A stretch of 33,580 bases of DNA from Acidimicrobiia bacterium (lineage in GTDB: Bacteria > Actinomycetota > Acidimicrobiia > Spongiisociales > UBA5794), in contig JBFISM010000024.1 in NCBI GenBank assembly GCA_041608535.1, positions 1-33,580 of the forward strand. Reading direction: 5' to 3'. This document shows, in pieces, positions 1 through 10,226 of the stretch. The translations under genes and the position numbers were made by a program. The notes under the pieces were generated by a model. That model saw nothing but the letters and a program-made list of their open reading frames with translations, had not been told where the DNA came from and made no database searches. Each line of letters starts with the position of its first letter. Within the stretch, counting starts at the first letter, position 1.

Positions 1-1
1 C

Positions 2-391
2 ACCTCTATCTCGTGCTACCTCCTCGGAGCGGACGACGTGCTCGGCGCCATCGAAGACGAGACCGGTACGCCGGACGGGGAGACGTCTCGAGACGGGATG
101 TTCTCGGTAGAGCACGTCGAGTGTCTCGGGGCCTGCGGTGGGGCCCCTGCAGTCCAGGTGAACTACGAGTTGATCGAGGGAGTGCTGCCGGAGAGGGGCC
201 GGGCCTTGTGCCAGTGGCTCGTGAGCGCCACCCCGGACGTGGTGATGAGCGACGAGATGCAGACGCTGTTCGGCGGGCAACGGTCGTTCGACTGGGGCCC
301 GGTCGAGCCGGAAGGCGCCATCGCTCCGGTGCCGGCCTTCGGCCCGTACGGAAGCGCCGCGGTCGGGATCTCGATCAAGGGGGCATCGTGA
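2..391 (+). CDS. nuoE: NADH-quinone oxidoreductase subunit E (24 kDa, [2Fe-2S]), 3' fragment. The gene begins upstream of the window.
   Basis: Frame-2 translation from nt 2 reads ...SCYLLGADDVLGAIEDETG...VEHVECLGACGGAPAVQVNYE.... This is the conserved C-terminal thioredoxin-like NuoE region, with the Cys ligands in CxxxxC...CLGAC. The stop TGA at 389-391 overlaps the nuoF GTG start. Confidence 0.85.
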   Translation, partial: TSISCYLLGADDVLGAIEDETGTPDGETSRDGMFSVEHVECLGACGGAPAVQVNYELIEGVLPERGRALCQWLVSATPDVVMSDEMQTLFGGQRSFDWGPVEPEGAIAPVPAFGPYGSAAVGISIKGAS

Positions 392-1680
392 CCACCGAGC
401 TGATCCTGACCTCGCACATGGTGGAACGGCGGCGAGACTCGAACACGCTCGAGGCATACCTCGCTTCAGGTGGATACGAGGCTTTGCGCACGGGCCTCGA
501 AATGGAACCCGCGGCGATCGCCGAGATCGTGAAGACCTCCAACATCCGGGGGAGGGGAGGAGCCAACTTTCCCACGGGTGTGAAGTGGGGGTTCCTCGCC
601 CCGGTGAAGCCGTCGTATCTCGTCATCAACGCCGACGAGTCCGAGCCGGGCACGTTCAAAGACAGACAGCTTCTCGAACGCGACCCGCATCAACTCCTCG
701 AAGGAGTGGCGCTCTCCGCGTACGCCCTCGGGTGCAACCACGCCTTCATCTACATTCGGGGTGAATACCCCCGCCCGGCACGTCGGGTACAGCGCGCCAT
801 CGACGAGGCTGGCGCCGCCGGTTATCTGGGCGAGGACATCCTCGGCTCGGGATTCGATCTCGAGGTGACGGTCCATCTCGGTGCGGGGGCCTACATCTGC
901 GGCGAGGAGACCGCACTGCTCAACTCCCTCGAGGGGCGGCGTGGCGAGCCGCGCTTGAAGCCGCCGTTTCCCGCCGTCGAGGGTTTGTATGCCAAACCGA
1001 CCATCGTCAACAACGTCGAGACCATCTCCAACGTGCCGTGGCTGGTGCTGCACGGTGGCGAGGCGTACGCCAACATGGGTCCGGAGACGTCGGCGGGGAC
1101 CCGACTGTTCTCGCTCTCGGGCCACATCGTGAAGCCGGGCAACTACGAGGTCGTGATGGGCATGACGTGGCGCGAGTTCATCTACGACCTGGGGGGCGGC
1201 ATCCCAGAGGATCGAGCGCTGAAGGCTTGGATCCCCGGTGGCGCCTCGGCGCCGTGGTTCGTTCCCGAGGAGCACATCGATCTCCCGGTGACGATCGACG
1301 ACACCGGGGTCAACGGCTCGATGCTCGGTTCGGGTGCAGTGGTGATCATGGACGAGACGACCAACGTGGTGGGCGCTGCCCACCGCATCGTGAAGTTCTT
1401 CGCCCACGAGTCGTGCGGGCAGTGCACCCCGTGTCGCGAAGGGACGACCTGGCTGGAGAACATGCTGTGGCGGATTCTCCACGGCTACGGGCGACCCAAG
1501 GACATGGAGATGTTGCTCGACGTGTGCGACAACATCTCACCCGGGTTGCGCTGGCCACCGGCCCAGACCACGATCTGTCCGCTCGGTCCCTCGGCGGTGT
1601 CGCCGGTGCGATCGCTCATGACGCATTTCCGAGACGAGGTGGAGGCGATGATCGTCGCAGCGGAGGTGGGCGTTGGCTGA
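388..1680 (+). CDS. nuoF: NADH-quinone oxidoreductase subunit F (51 kDa, FMN/NADH-binding, [4Fe-4S] N3)
   Basis: GTG at 388 in a GTGA overlap with the nuoE stop. The N-terminus VTTELILTSHMVERRRDSNTLEAYLASGGYEAL aligns with canonical NuoF N-termini. GRGGANFPTG is the FMN site. ESCGQCTPCREG is the N3 cluster motif. The upstream in-frame extension (13..387) is RG-rich and overlaps nuoE. Confidence 0.9.
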   Translation: MTTELILTSHMVERRRDSNTLEAYLASGGYEALRTGLEMEPAAIAEIVKTSNIRGRGGANFPTGVKWGFLAPVKPSYLVINADESEPGTFKDRQLLERDPHQLLEGVALSAYALGCNHAFIYIRGEYPRPARRVQRAIDEAGAAGYLGEDILGSGFDLEVTVHLGAGAYICGEETALLNSLEGRRGEPRLKPPFPAVEGLYAKPTIVNNVETISNVPWLVLHGGEAYANMGPETSAGTRLFSLSGHIVKPGNYEVVMGMTWREFIYDLGGGIPEDRALKAWIPGGASAPWFVPEEHIDLPVTIDDTGVNGSMLGSGAVVIMDETTNVVGAAHRIVKFFAHESCGQCTPCREGTTWLENMLWRILHGYGRPKDMEMLLDVCDNISPGLRWPPAQTTICPLGPSAVSPVRSLMTHFRDEVEAMIVAAEVGVG

Positions 1681-4144
1681 CGTAGCGAGCAACCGGGAAT
1701 CGGCTCCTGCGGAGACGGTGACGATCACGCTCGACGGCCGGGAGCTCAGCGTCACCCCTGGCGAGCTGGTGATCAAGGCAGCCGAGGACGCCGGAACGTT
1801 CATTCCTCGTTTCTGCTGGCACCCGCGGATGAAACCCGTCGGTATGTGCCGCATGTGTCTCGTCGAGATCGAGACCCCGCGAGGCAGTCTCCTCACCACG
1901 GCGTGCACGACTCCGTGCACCGACGGGCTCAGCGTCGACACCCAGAACGACGTCGTCACCAAGGCCCAAGAGGGCATCCTCGAGTTCCTCCTCATCAACC
2001 ACCCGCTCGATTGTCCGGTGTGCGACCGCGGTGGCGAATGTCCGCTGCAGGATCAGACCATGGCCTATGGGCCGGGGGAGAGCCGTTTCGTCGAGGAGAA
2101 GCGTCACTTCGAGAAGCCGATCGAGATCAGTGACCTCGTGCTCCTCGACAGAGAGCGGTGCATCTTGTGTGCCCGCTGCACCCGGTTCTCGGAGGAGATC
2201 TCGGGCGATCCTCTGATCGAGTTCAAAGAACGCGGCGGGATGACCCAGGTGCTCAACTTCCCGGACGAGCCGTTCGCCTCGTACTTCTCCGGCAACACCG
2301 TCGAGATCTGCCCCGTGGGCGCACTCACCGCAAAGCCCTACAGGTTCCGGGCCCGACCGTGGGACCTCGAAGCCGTGGAGAGCGTTTCGCTGGTTGACAC
2401 CGTGCACTCGAAGGTGTCGCTGCAGTCGTCGCAGAACGAGATGGTGCGGATCAACGGGGTCGACAACGACGCCACCAACCAAGGATGGCTGTCGGACAAG
2501 GACCGCTTCATCTTCCAATACCTCGTCTCGGAGCGCAGGCTGACCTCGCCCTTGATACGGACCAACGGCGGGCTCGTCGAGGCGAGCTGGGGTGAGGCGC
2601 TCAACCTCATCGCCGACCGGCTCGGGGGGTACCGCGGTGATGAGGTCGCCGGTCTCGGGGGAGCGCACGCCACCAACGAGGAGGCGTTCGCCCTGGGCAA
2701 GTTCTACCGAACCGTCGTGGTCACGCCACACATCGACTGTCAGCTCGCCGATGGGCTCGAGCCCCACTTGCTGGCGGGCATCACGCCCCGAGCGCGCATC
2801 GACGATCTGGAGAGGGCCAGGACCATCCTGCTGTGGGCGGGTGACCTCAAGGAAGAGCTGCCGGTGTTGTATCTGCGGGTGCGTCGCGCCGCCACTGAGC
2901 TGGGGGCAACGCTGATTGTCATCCATCCCCGGCGCACCGGCCTCGACGGGGTAGCCACCCACAAGATCAACTACCGGCCCGGCTCCGGGCCGGATCTGCT
3001 CCGCAAGCTGGCCGCGGCCGAGGAGCCGTACGGCGACATCCGAGCGGCGCTCGACGATGGACCGGTCGTCGCCATCGTGGGGCGTACCGGGCTCGCGGAG
3101 GACCCACGTATGGCCGAATCGGTAGCCGCATTCGCCAGGGATCTGCCCGGCGCCATGCTGCTCCCCGTCGTGCGCCGGGCCAACACCTACGGAGCGCTCG
3201 ACATGGGGCTGGCTCCCACCTTGCTGCCGGGGCGGGTGTCGGTGGACGACGCCGTCGGTGCTGCTGCGCTGGAAGACGCCTGGGGGCCGATCCCGCCCGG
3301 TTCGGGCAAGGATGCGACGGGGATCCTCGAGGCTCTGGTGTCCGGTGAGATCAAGGCGTTGCTGCTTCACGGTGCCGATCCGGTTCGGGACCATCCGTCC
3401 CCCACGCTGGCGCAGCGCGCCCTCGAAGCAGCAGAGTTCGTCGTGGCGTTCGACCTGTTCCTCACCGACTCGTCGACGACCGCCGATGTGGTGCTCCCGG
3501 TCGAAGCGTTCGGCGAGTCGGAAGGTACCGTCACCAATCTGGAGGGACGGGTGCAGAAGGTCAATCGCCTGCTCCCCGGACCGGGCCAGACCAGGGCCAC
3601 GTGGTCGGTGCTCGATGATCTGTCCCGGCGTATGGGTGCCGAGCTCGGTGCGCCCTCGGCCGAGGCGCTGATGAAAGAGATCGCCACGCTGGCACCCGCC
3701 TACGCGGGTGTCGGGTGGGAGTTGCTCGACTGGGGTGAGGGCCGTGAGGGCGTCGTGCTACCGCTCGAGGAAGGCAGCCAACCGCTCGAGTACATCCCCA
3801 CCAACACCGGGCTTCTCGCCGGGGGAGGGCGGATCGGGCTGCACCTGGGACGATCGCTGTACGACGACGGTGTCCGGACTCGGATGTCACCGTCGCTGGC
3901 CCCCCTCGCCCCCGAACCGGTGGCCGGCCTCCACCCTCGTGAAGCCGGAGCGCTCGGTTTCGGCGACGGTGAGGTGGTGCGTGTGTCGAGCGAGGAAGGC
4001 TTTGTCGAGCTACCGGTCGCATTCGATGACTCGCTGGCGATGGCGACGGTCCATGTGGTGGGCAACCTGGCGGAGACGTCGCCGCTCGGCGCTCCGGATT
4101 CGGTGGAGATCCATTCGGTCGAATCCGGCGAGGAGACGGTGTGA
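1673..4144 (+). CDS. nuoG: NADH-quinone oxidoreductase subunit G (75 kDa, Fe-S/molybdopterin-like domain)
   Basis: 823 aa. The N-terminal 2Fe-2S ferredoxin fold (ITLDGRE...CWHPRMKPVGMCRMCLVEIE) is followed by the HPLDCPVCDRGGECPLQ and CILCARCTRF 4Fe-4S motifs. The TTG start at 1673 overlaps the nuoF stop by 8 nt. An alternative in-frame start lies about 15 codons downstream. Confidence 0.88.
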   Translation: MADVASNRESAPAETVTITLDGRELSVTPGELVIKAAEDAGTFIPRFCWHPRMKPVGMCRMCLVEIETPRGSLLTTACTTPCTDGLSVDTQNDVVTKAQEGILEFLLINHPLDCPVCDRGGECPLQDQTMAYGPGESRFVEEKRHFEKPIEISDLVLLDRERCILCARCTRFSEEISGDPLIEFKERGGMTQVLNFPDEPFASYFSGNTVEICPVGALTAKPYRFRARPWDLEAVESVSLVDTVHSKVSLQSSQNEMVRINGVDNDATNQGWLSDKDRFIFQYLVSERRLTSPLIRTNGGLVEASWGEALNLIADRLGGYRGDEVAGLGGAHATNEEAFALGKFYRTVVVTPHIDCQLADGLEPHLLAGITPRARIDDLERARTILLWAGDLKEELPVLYLRVRRAATELGATLIVIHPRRTGLDGVATHKINYRPGSGPDLLRKLAAAEEPYGDIRAALDDGPVVAIVGRTGLAEDPRMAESVAAFARDLPGAMLLPVVRRANTYGALDMGLAPTLLPGRVSVDDAVGAAALEDAWGPIPPGSGKDATGILEALVSGEIKALLLHGADPVRDHPSPTLAQRALEAAEFVVAFDLFLTDSSTTADVVLPVEAFGESEGTVTNLEGRVQKVNRLLPGPGQTRATWSVLDDLSRRMGAELGAPSAEALMKEIATLAPAYAGVGWELLDWGEGREGVVLPLEEGSQPLEYIPTNTGLLAGGGRIGLHLGRSLYDDGVRTRMSPSLAPLAPEPVAGLHPREAGALGFGDGEVVRVSSEEGFVELPVAFDDSLAMATVHVVGNLAETSPLGAPDSVEIHSVESGEETV

Positions 4145-5199
4145 TGCTCAGCGGTTGGGAGATCTTGCTCGAAGCGGTGATCAAGGTCGTGATCATCTTC
4201 GGTCTGTTGCTCAACGTGACCATCCTCCTCGTGTGGATGGAGCGCAAGATCGTCGCGGACATGCAGAATCGGGTCGGGCCGGACCGTGCGGGTCCCTGGG
4301 GGATCCTGCAGACCCTCGCCGACGGTGTGAAGCTCATCTTCAAAGAGAACGTCACACCACGTCGCGTCGAGTTCCTGCTCTACATCGCCGCCCCGGTTGC
4401 GGCGCTCGTCCCGGCGCTCCTCATCTTCCTCGTCATCCCGGTGGGCAGGCCCTTCACCATCGGTGACCGGGTGATCGATCTGAGCGGAGCCGATCTCAAC
4501 ATCGGTCTGCTCTACATCCTGGCCCTCAGCTCTCTCGCGGTGTACGCCGTGGTGCTGGCGGGATGGTCGTCCGGATCGAAGTACCCGCTGATCGGTGCGG
4601 TGCGCGCCTCGGCACAGATGATCTCCTACGAAGCCGCGATGGGTCTGGCACTGGTGCCCGTCATCCTCTTCACCGGTACCGCTTCGCTGTCTGCCATCGT
4701 CGACAGCCAGGCGGGCAACGTCCTCGGGTTTCTCGGCGTGTGGAACGTAGTGCTGCTGCCCAGCTTCGTGATCTTCTTCATCGCCGGAGTCGCCGAAACC
4801 AACCGTCCCCCGTTCGATCTCGTCGAGGCCGAGTCGGAGATCGTCGGCGGCTACCACACCGAGTACTCGGGATTCCGCTTCGCGCTGTTCTTCTTGGCCG
4901 AGTACATCAACATGTTCAACATCTCGGCGATCACGGTGACGGTCTTTCTCGGGGGCTGGCACGGCCCAGACTTCGGGCTGGGAGCCCCGTTCACCTGGAT
5001 CCTGCCGCTCGTGTGGTTCTTCGCCAAGACCTTTGCCCTGGTGTTCGTGTTCATCTGGATCCGGGCATCGCTGCCGCGCATGCGATACGACCAGCTCATG
5101 GCCTTTGGGTGGAAGCGGCTCATCCCCATCAGCTTGGCGTGGATCGTGCTCGCCACGGTCGCGGTCGGATTCCGCCGAATGGGGTTCCCATGGGCGTGA
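4141..5199 (+). CDS. nuoH: NADH-quinone oxidoreductase subunit H (membrane, quinone-binding)
   Basis: GTGATG sits at 4141-4146 and overlaps the nuoG TGA. The protein is polytopic. The conserved NuoH/ND1 segments are [25 protein letters not shown] and [26 protein letters not shown]. Confidence 0.9.
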   Translation: MMLSGWEILLEAVIKVVIIFGLLLNVTILLVWMERKIVADMQNRVGPDRAGPWGILQTLADGVKLIFKENVTPRRVEFLLYIAAPVAALVPALLIFLVIPVGRPFTIGDRVIDLSGADLNIGLLYILALSSLAVYAVVLAGWSSGSKYPLIGAVRASAQMISYEAAMGLALVPVILFTGTASLSAIVDSQAGNVLGFLGVWNVVLLPSFVIFFIAGVAETNRPPFDLVEAESEIVGGYHTEYSGFRFALFFLAEYINMFNISAITVTVFLGGWHGPDFGLGAPFTWILPLVWFFAKTFALVFVFIWIRASLPRMRYDQLMAFGWKRLIPISLAWIVLATVAVGFRRMGFPWA

Positions 5200-5212
5200 G
5201 AGGAAGTCGCTG

Positions 5213-5902
5213 ATGGGCGTGCTGGGTGACATGTTCGCCGACTTGCTCGGGCCCTTCCGCGGGTTTGCGGTGACGCTGCGCCAGATGACGAGACCGCGCG
5301 TCACCACCAGCTATCCGCAAGAGAAGCGACCCAAGCCACAACGGTTTCACGGCCGGCATGTGCTCAATCGCTATCCGGACGGAATGGAGAAATGCATCGG
5401 CTGCGAGCTGTGTGCCGGGGTGTGCCCGGCGCGCTGCATCTACGTACGCGGCGCCGACAATCCGCCGGATGCTCCGGTCAGCCCGGGAGAGCGGTACGGC
5501 TTCGTCTATGAGATCAACATGCTGCGCTGCATCTTCTGTGGTCTGTGTGTCGAGGCGTGCCCCACCGAAGCGATCACGATGACCCAGCTCTTCGAGTTCT
5601 CGGTCGACAACCGCGAGGACGCGATCTACACGAGAGACGAGCTCCTGGTGGGCCCGGATGGCACCCCGGCGCACCCCCAACCCGACAATCCGCTCATCGA
5701 CCTCGCCGAGCTCAAGCTCGCCGACGGGTGGATGCGGGCGACGTCGCCGTCGGGCCGAGCGGTGTATGAGGGCGTGGTGGCGTGGACCCCGTCCGCCGGG
5801 GTGGGGCTGCGGCCTGCCGAGCAGGGTCAGGCTGCCTCGATCGAGCTCGCCGGCGAAGAGCAGACCTCGAGTGAGGAAGACACGAGCGAGGAAGAATCGT
5901 GA
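5213..5902 (+). CDS. nuoI: NADH-quinone oxidoreductase subunit I (2x[4Fe-4S] ferredoxin) with an acidic C-terminal extension
   Basis: ATG at 5213 lies 7 nt after the GAGGAAG RBS (5200-5206). The two CxxCxxCxxxCP motifs are [12 protein letters not shown] and [12 protein letters not shown]. An 80-90 aa C-terminal tail ends in the Ser/Glu-rich [15 protein letters not shown]. Confidence 0.9.
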   Translation: MGVLGDMFADLLGPFRGFAVTLRQMTRPRVTTSYPQEKRPKPQRFHGRHVLNRYPDGMEKCIGCELCAGVCPARCIYVRGADNPPDAPVSPGERYGFVYEINMLRCIFCGLCVEACPTEAITMTQLFEFSVDNREDAIYTRDELLVGPDGTPAHPQPDNPLIDLAELKLADGWMRATSPSGRAVYEGVVAWTPSAGVGLRPAEQGQAASIELAGEEQTSSEEDTSEEES

Positions 5903-6480
5903 GCCCTGAGGTCGTCGTCTTCATCGTTTTCGGAGCTGCTGCACTCGCCGGTGGGGTGGCGATGGTGCTCGCCAGGAATCCCGTGTTCTCGGCGATGGGG
6001 CTCCTGCTCTCGATGTTCTCGGTCGGTGTCTTCTACGTGCTCAACAACGCGCACTTCGTTGCCGCGGTCCACGTGCTGATCTATGCCGGAGCGGTGATGA
6101 CGCTGTTCCTCTTCGTCATCATGCTCATCGGCGTCGACAAGAGCGAAGACACCGAGGAGCAGATCCCTCACCAGCGGCCGCTCGCGATCGCACTCGGGGT
6201 CGGCTTGCTGGCGCTGGTGCTGGTTGCCGGGCGAGCTGCCTGGGTCACCGGGAACGCGGCTCTGGAGACGGCGGTCCCCATCGGAACCATCGAGAACATC
6301 TCCGGAGAGCTGTTCGGTACGTGGCTGCTCCCCTTCGAGGCAACGGTGCTCCTCCTCACCATTGCCGCCGTCGGCACCATCGCCCTCGCCCAGTTCTCCC
6401 CGCGTCGACGGGGCGGAGATGCTGTCGAGGCGGTCACCGCCGCAGACGAGGACGCAGCAGAGAGTGTCGTGGGCTCGTGA
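5899..6480 (+). CDS. nuoJ: NADH-quinone oxidoreductase subunit J
   Basis: GTG at 5899 in a GTGA overlap with the nuoI stop. Hydrophobic ND6/NuoJ-like sequence: [47 protein letters not shown]. Confidence 0.85.
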   Translation: MSPEVVVFIVFGAAALAGGVAMVLARNPVFSAMGLLLSMFSVGVFYVLNNAHFVAAVHVLIYAGAVMTLFLFVIMLIGVDKSEDTEEQIPHQRPLAIALGVGLLALVLVAGRAAWVTGNAALETAVPIGTIENISGELFGTWLLPFEATVLLLTIAAVGTIALAQFSPRRRGGDAVEAVTAADEDAAESVVGS

Positions 6481-6791
6481 GCGATCTCGTCGTCACTCCC
6501 GGCTGGTACATGGCGTTGGCGGCGGCACTGTTCGTCATCGGTGGGAGTGGGGTGCTGCTGCGCCGCAATGCGCTCATCATGTTCATGTCGATCGAGCTGA
6601 TGCTGAACTCGGTCAACCTCACGTTCGTTGCCGCCGGTCGCCAGCTCGGATTGCTCGAGGGACAGATCTCCGTGTTGTTCGTGATGGTGGTTGCCGCCGC
6701 CGAGGTCACCGTTGGGCTGGCCATCATCATCGCGGTCTTCCGCAAGCGGGCCACCGCCTCCGTGGATGCGCTCGCCGGGATGCGAGGCTGA
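6477..6791 (+). CDS. nuoK: NADH-quinone oxidoreductase subunit K
   Basis: GTG at 6477 overlaps the nuoJ TGA. The 105-aa product carries the NuoK/ND4L signature [29 protein letters not shown]...[12 protein letters not shown]. Confidence 0.85.
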   Translation: MSDLVVTPGWYMALAAALFVIGGSGVLLRRNALIMFMSIELMLNSVNLTFVAAGRQLGLLEGQISVLFVMVVAAAEVTVGLAIIIAVFRKRATASVDALAGMRG

Positions 6792-6792
6792 C

Positions 6793-8667
6793 GTGGAGCT
6801 GTTCCAGGACCTGATCTGGCTTTCGATCGCCCTACCGCTCGTCAGCGCCACGGTCTTGCTGCTTGGGGGCAAACGGATCGGGGAGCCGGGTGCCGGCTAT
6901 CTGGCGACCCTCATCGTCGGCGTGGCGTTCGTCATCGCTGCCGGTGCCTCGCTGGACGCCTTCACCGGCGACCTGCACGCTCACCATGTGCATCTGTTCT
7001 CGTGGATGCCGGCGCTCGGTGTCGAGGCATCGTTGCTGTGGGATCCGCTCTCGGTGTTGATGACGCTGGTGGTCACCGGCGTCGGTTTCTTGATTCACCT
7101 CTATTCGATCGGGTACATGCACGGCGATGAGCGATACGGCCGATTCTTTGCGTACCTGAACCTGTTCATCGCCTCGATGCTCATCCTCGTTCTCGGGGAC
7201 AACTTCGCAGTGCTGTTCGTGGGATGGGAGCTCGTCGGTCTCAGCTCATATCTGCTGATCTCTTTCTGGTTCGTCAAGCCGTCGGCCGCCGCCGCCGGGA
7301 AGAAGGCGTTCGTGGTCAACCGAGTGGGCGACTTCGGGTTCCTCATCGCGCTCATGATCATCTTCGCCAACGCGGGAACCCTCGCCTTCGATCACGTGCT
7401 CGAGGAAGCGCCCTCGTTGTTCAACGAGGGAACCGCCACCGCGATCACCCTGCTCCTCCTGGTGGGTGCGGCAGGCAAGTCGGCGCAGATCCCGCTGTAC
7501 GTGTGGCTGCCCGACGCCATGGAGGGCCCGACCCCGGTGTCCGCCCTCATCCACGCCGCCACCATGGTCACCGCAGGGGTCTACGTGGTCGCCCGGACAG
7601 CGGAGCTGTACCAGCTCGCTCCGGTGTCCGCCGGGGTGGTGGCGACGGTGGGTGCGGTCACCGCGCTGTTCGCCGCCACCATCGCCGTCGCCCAGCGCGA
7701 CATCAAGCGAGTCTTGGCGTATTCGACGATCTCGCAGCTCGGTTACATGTTCATGGCGGTCGGCGCCACCGCCTACGTCGCCGGCATCTTCCATCTCTAC
7801 ACCCACGCCTTCTTCAAGGCGCTGCTCTTCCTCGGCGCCGGCTCGGTGATCCATGCCATGGCCGACGAGCAAGACATGTGGAAGATGGGCGGGTTGCGCA
7901 AGGTGATGCCGATCACCTTCGCCACGATGGCGATTGCCTGGCTCGCCATCTCCGGGATCCCGCCGCTCGCCGGGTTCTGGTCGAAGGACGAGATCCTCGC
8001 CGTCACGTTTGGGCGGGGCGGCGCCTGGGTGGCGTTGTGGGCCATCGGTATCGTCACGGCCGGTCTCACCGCCTTCTACATGACCCGGCTGCTCGTACTC
8101 ACCTTCTTCGGTGAGCCGCGCTGGGCCGAGGGTGCGCATCCCCACGAGTCGCCGGCCACCATGACGCTTCCGTTGGTGGTGTTGGGTGGTCTGTCGGTGG
8201 TGGCCGGGTTCGTCAACACGCCGTGGCTGCCGGCGCTGGAGCACTTCCTCGAGCCGGCGTTCGAGCTGGTCGAGCAGGCTCATCTGCCTGCCGGCGGCAC
8301 CCAGCTGGTGCTTGCGGTGGTCTCGGTGGCAGCCGGGGCGCTGGGGATCGTTGCGGGATGGCGCCGGTATGGGGCCCTCCCCGACGAGAGCGGTGCCCGG
8401 TGGGATCTGGTGGAGCATGGCTATCGGGTGGACGACCTCTACGGGAGCACCATCGTGATTCCCGGCCGCAAGGGAGCCGAGGCGCTGGCCTTCTCTGCCG
8501 ACGAGAGAGGCATCGATGGCGTGGTCAACGGTGTGGGGGTGGTGGTCGCCGCAACCGCCCGACTGCTGCGCCCGCTGCAGACAGGCTTTGCCCGGTCGTA
8601 CGGAATCGGGATCATGCTCGGCGCCGTCGGGCTCGTGTTGTGGTTCGTGACGAGGAGCGGGTTGTGA
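6793..8667 (+). CDS. nuoL: NADH-quinone oxidoreductase subunit L (antiporter-like)
   Basis: GTG at 6793 is 1 nt after the nuoK TGA. The 625-aa protein has the NuoL/ND5 motifs VGWELVGLSSYLLISFW and LYVWLPDAMEGPTPVSALIHAATMVTAGVY, plus a C-terminal amphipathic-helix region. Confidence 0.9.
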   Translation: MELFQDLIWLSIALPLVSATVLLLGGKRIGEPGAGYLATLIVGVAFVIAAGASLDAFTGDLHAHHVHLFSWMPALGVEASLLWDPLSVLMTLVVTGVGFLIHLYSIGYMHGDERYGRFFAYLNLFIASMLILVLGDNFAVLFVGWELVGLSSYLLISFWFVKPSAAAAGKKAFVVNRVGDFGFLIALMIIFANAGTLAFDHVLEEAPSLFNEGTATAITLLLLVGAAGKSAQIPLYVWLPDAMEGPTPVSALIHAATMVTAGVYVVARTAELYQLAPVSAGVVATVGAVTALFAATIAVAQRDIKRVLAYSTISQLGYMFMAVGATAYVAGIFHLYTHAFFKALLFLGAGSVIHAMADEQDMWKMGGLRKVMPITFATMAIAWLAISGIPPLAGFWSKDEILAVTFGRGGAWVALWAIGIVTAGLTAFYMTRLLVLTFFGEPRWAEGAHPHESPATMTLPLVVLGGLSVVAGFVNTPWLPALEHFLEPAFELVEQAHLPAGGTQLVLAVVSVAAGALGIVAGWRRYGALPDESGARWDLVEHGYRVDDLYGSTIVIPGRKGAEALAFSADERGIDGVVNGVGVVVAATARLLRPLQTGFARSYGIGIMLGAVGLVLWFVTRSGL

Positions 8668-10208
8668 TCGACTTTCCGGTGCTCGCTCTGCTCGTGGTCG
8701 CTCCGGCGGCGGGAGCGATCGTCGTGGGTCTGCTGCCACGACATCGCACCGAGCTGATCACCCCGATCACGACGCTGGTCACACTGGTGCCCCTGGCCAT
8801 CGCCGGCTATCTGGTGTGGGCGTTCGAGACCGGCACTGCGGCGTTCCAGTTCACCGAGCGGGTCGTCTGGTACGAGCCGTGGGGTCTCGCCTGGGACATG
8901 GGTGTCGACGGGATCTCGTTGCTGCTCGTGGCGCTGACCGCCTTCTTGTTCCCGATCTCGGTGCTGGCGTCCGCGTCGATAACGGACAACGTCAAGATGT
9001 ACATGGTGAGCATCCTCATCCTGGAGGCGGGGTTGCTCGGCGTCTTCCTGGCCCTCGATCTCATCCTCTTCTTCGTTTTCTTCGAGGTGACCCTGGTCCC
9101 GATGTACCTGCTCATCGGCATCTGGGGCTCCGCCAACCGGGTGTATGCGGCGATCAAGTTCGTGCTCTACACCGCGCTCGGATCGGCGTTCATGCTCGGT
9201 GGGATCATCGCCCTCGGGGTCATCGCCGGGGACCAGACCGGATCGATCAGCTTCGCCTTCATCGATCTGCTCGGTCTGGAGCTGTCGGCCAACGCCCAGC
9301 TGTGGTTGTTCCTCGCCTTCGGGATCGCCTTTGCCATCAAGGTGCCGCTCTTCCCGTTGCACACGTGGCTGCCCGACGCCCACACCGAGGCGCCCACCGC
9401 CGGGTCGGTGCTGCTTGCCGGCGTGTTGCTGAAGTTGGGTACGTACGGCTTCGTGCGTTTCAGCCTGACGCTGTTTCCGGACGCGGCGGTGCGGCTGGCG
9501 CCGTGGATCGTCACTCTCGCTGTCGTCGGCATCATCTACGGGGCACTCGTCGCCATCGTCCAGCCCGACGTGAAACGGCTCATCGCATATTCCTCGGTCA
9601 GCCATCTCGGATTCATCGTGCTCGGCACGTTTGCGCTCACCTCGCAGGCTCTCCAGGGCGGAGTCATCCAGATGGTGAACCACGGGCTCACCACCGGGGC
9701 GCTGTTCCTTCTCGTCGGCATGATCTACGACCGGCGGCACACCCGGCAGATCGCCGACTATGGAGGCATCGCAAAAGTGATGCCCGTCTTCGCCGGGGTG
9801 TTCCTGTTCTCGGCGTTCGCGTCGGCCGGGCTACCCGGACTCAACGGGTTCGTCGGCGAGTTCATGGTGCTGCTCGGTAGCTACCTCACGTATCCGGCGC
9901 ACACCATCGTCGCTGCCTTCGGGGTGGTGCTTGCAGCCGTCTACCTGTTGTGGGCGTACGAGCGGGTGTTCACCGGTCCCATCACCAAGGCGGAGAACGA
10001 GAAGCTGGTCGATCTCAGCTTGCGTGAGGTGGCGATCCTGGCTCCGATGGCGGTGTTCATCGTCCTGCTCGGCGTGTATCCGAAGCCGGCGCTCGACATC
10101 ATCGAGCCGTCGGTGGAAGCGGTCATCGATCGGGTCGAGGCGACCACGGACTATGTGGCGCCCGAGTTCGGTCGCGTGGCGGACATCGTGGCCGAGCCGG
10201 AGGAATAG
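8664..10208 (+). CDS. nuoM: NADH-quinone oxidoreductase subunit M (antiporter-like)
   Basis: GTG at 8664 overlaps the nuoL TGA, with a GAGGAG RBS at about 8653. NuoM/ND4 motifs: LFPLHTWLPDAHTEAPTAGSVLLAGVLLKLGTYGFVRF. Confidence 0.9.
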   Translation: MIDFPVLALLVVAPAAGAIVVGLLPRHRTELITPITTLVTLVPLAIAGYLVWAFETGTAAFQFTERVVWYEPWGLAWDMGVDGISLLLVALTAFLFPISVLASASITDNVKMYMVSILILEAGLLGVFLALDLILFFVFFEVTLVPMYLLIGIWGSANRVYAAIKFVLYTALGSAFMLGGIIALGVIAGDQTGSISFAFIDLLGLELSANAQLWLFLAFGIAFAIKVPLFPLHTWLPDAHTEAPTAGSVLLAGVLLKLGTYGFVRFSLTLFPDAAVRLAPWIVTLAVVGIIYGALVAIVQPDVKRLIAYSSVSHLGFIVLGTFALTSQALQGGVIQMVNHGLTTGALFLLVGMIYDRRHTRQIADYGGIAKVMPVFAGVFLFSAFASAGLPGLNGFVGEFMVLLGSYLTYPAHTIVAAFGVVLAAVYLLWAYERVFTGPITKAENEKLVDLSLREVAILAPMAVFIVLLGVYPKPALDIIEPSVEAVIDRVEATTDYVAPEFGRVADIVAEPEE

Positions 10209-10226
10209 GTGGAGAGCGTGGAGTAG

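Noticed and set aside
13-387. In-frame upstream extension of nuoF (and similar extensions of nuoL at 6691-6792, nuoM at 8223-8663, nuoH2 at 19148-19246 and nuoA2 at 16441-16512)
   Set aside because: The extensions overlap the preceding conserved genes and translate to RG-rich junk. Conserved N-termini and GTGA/ATGA coupling overlaps identify the real starts.
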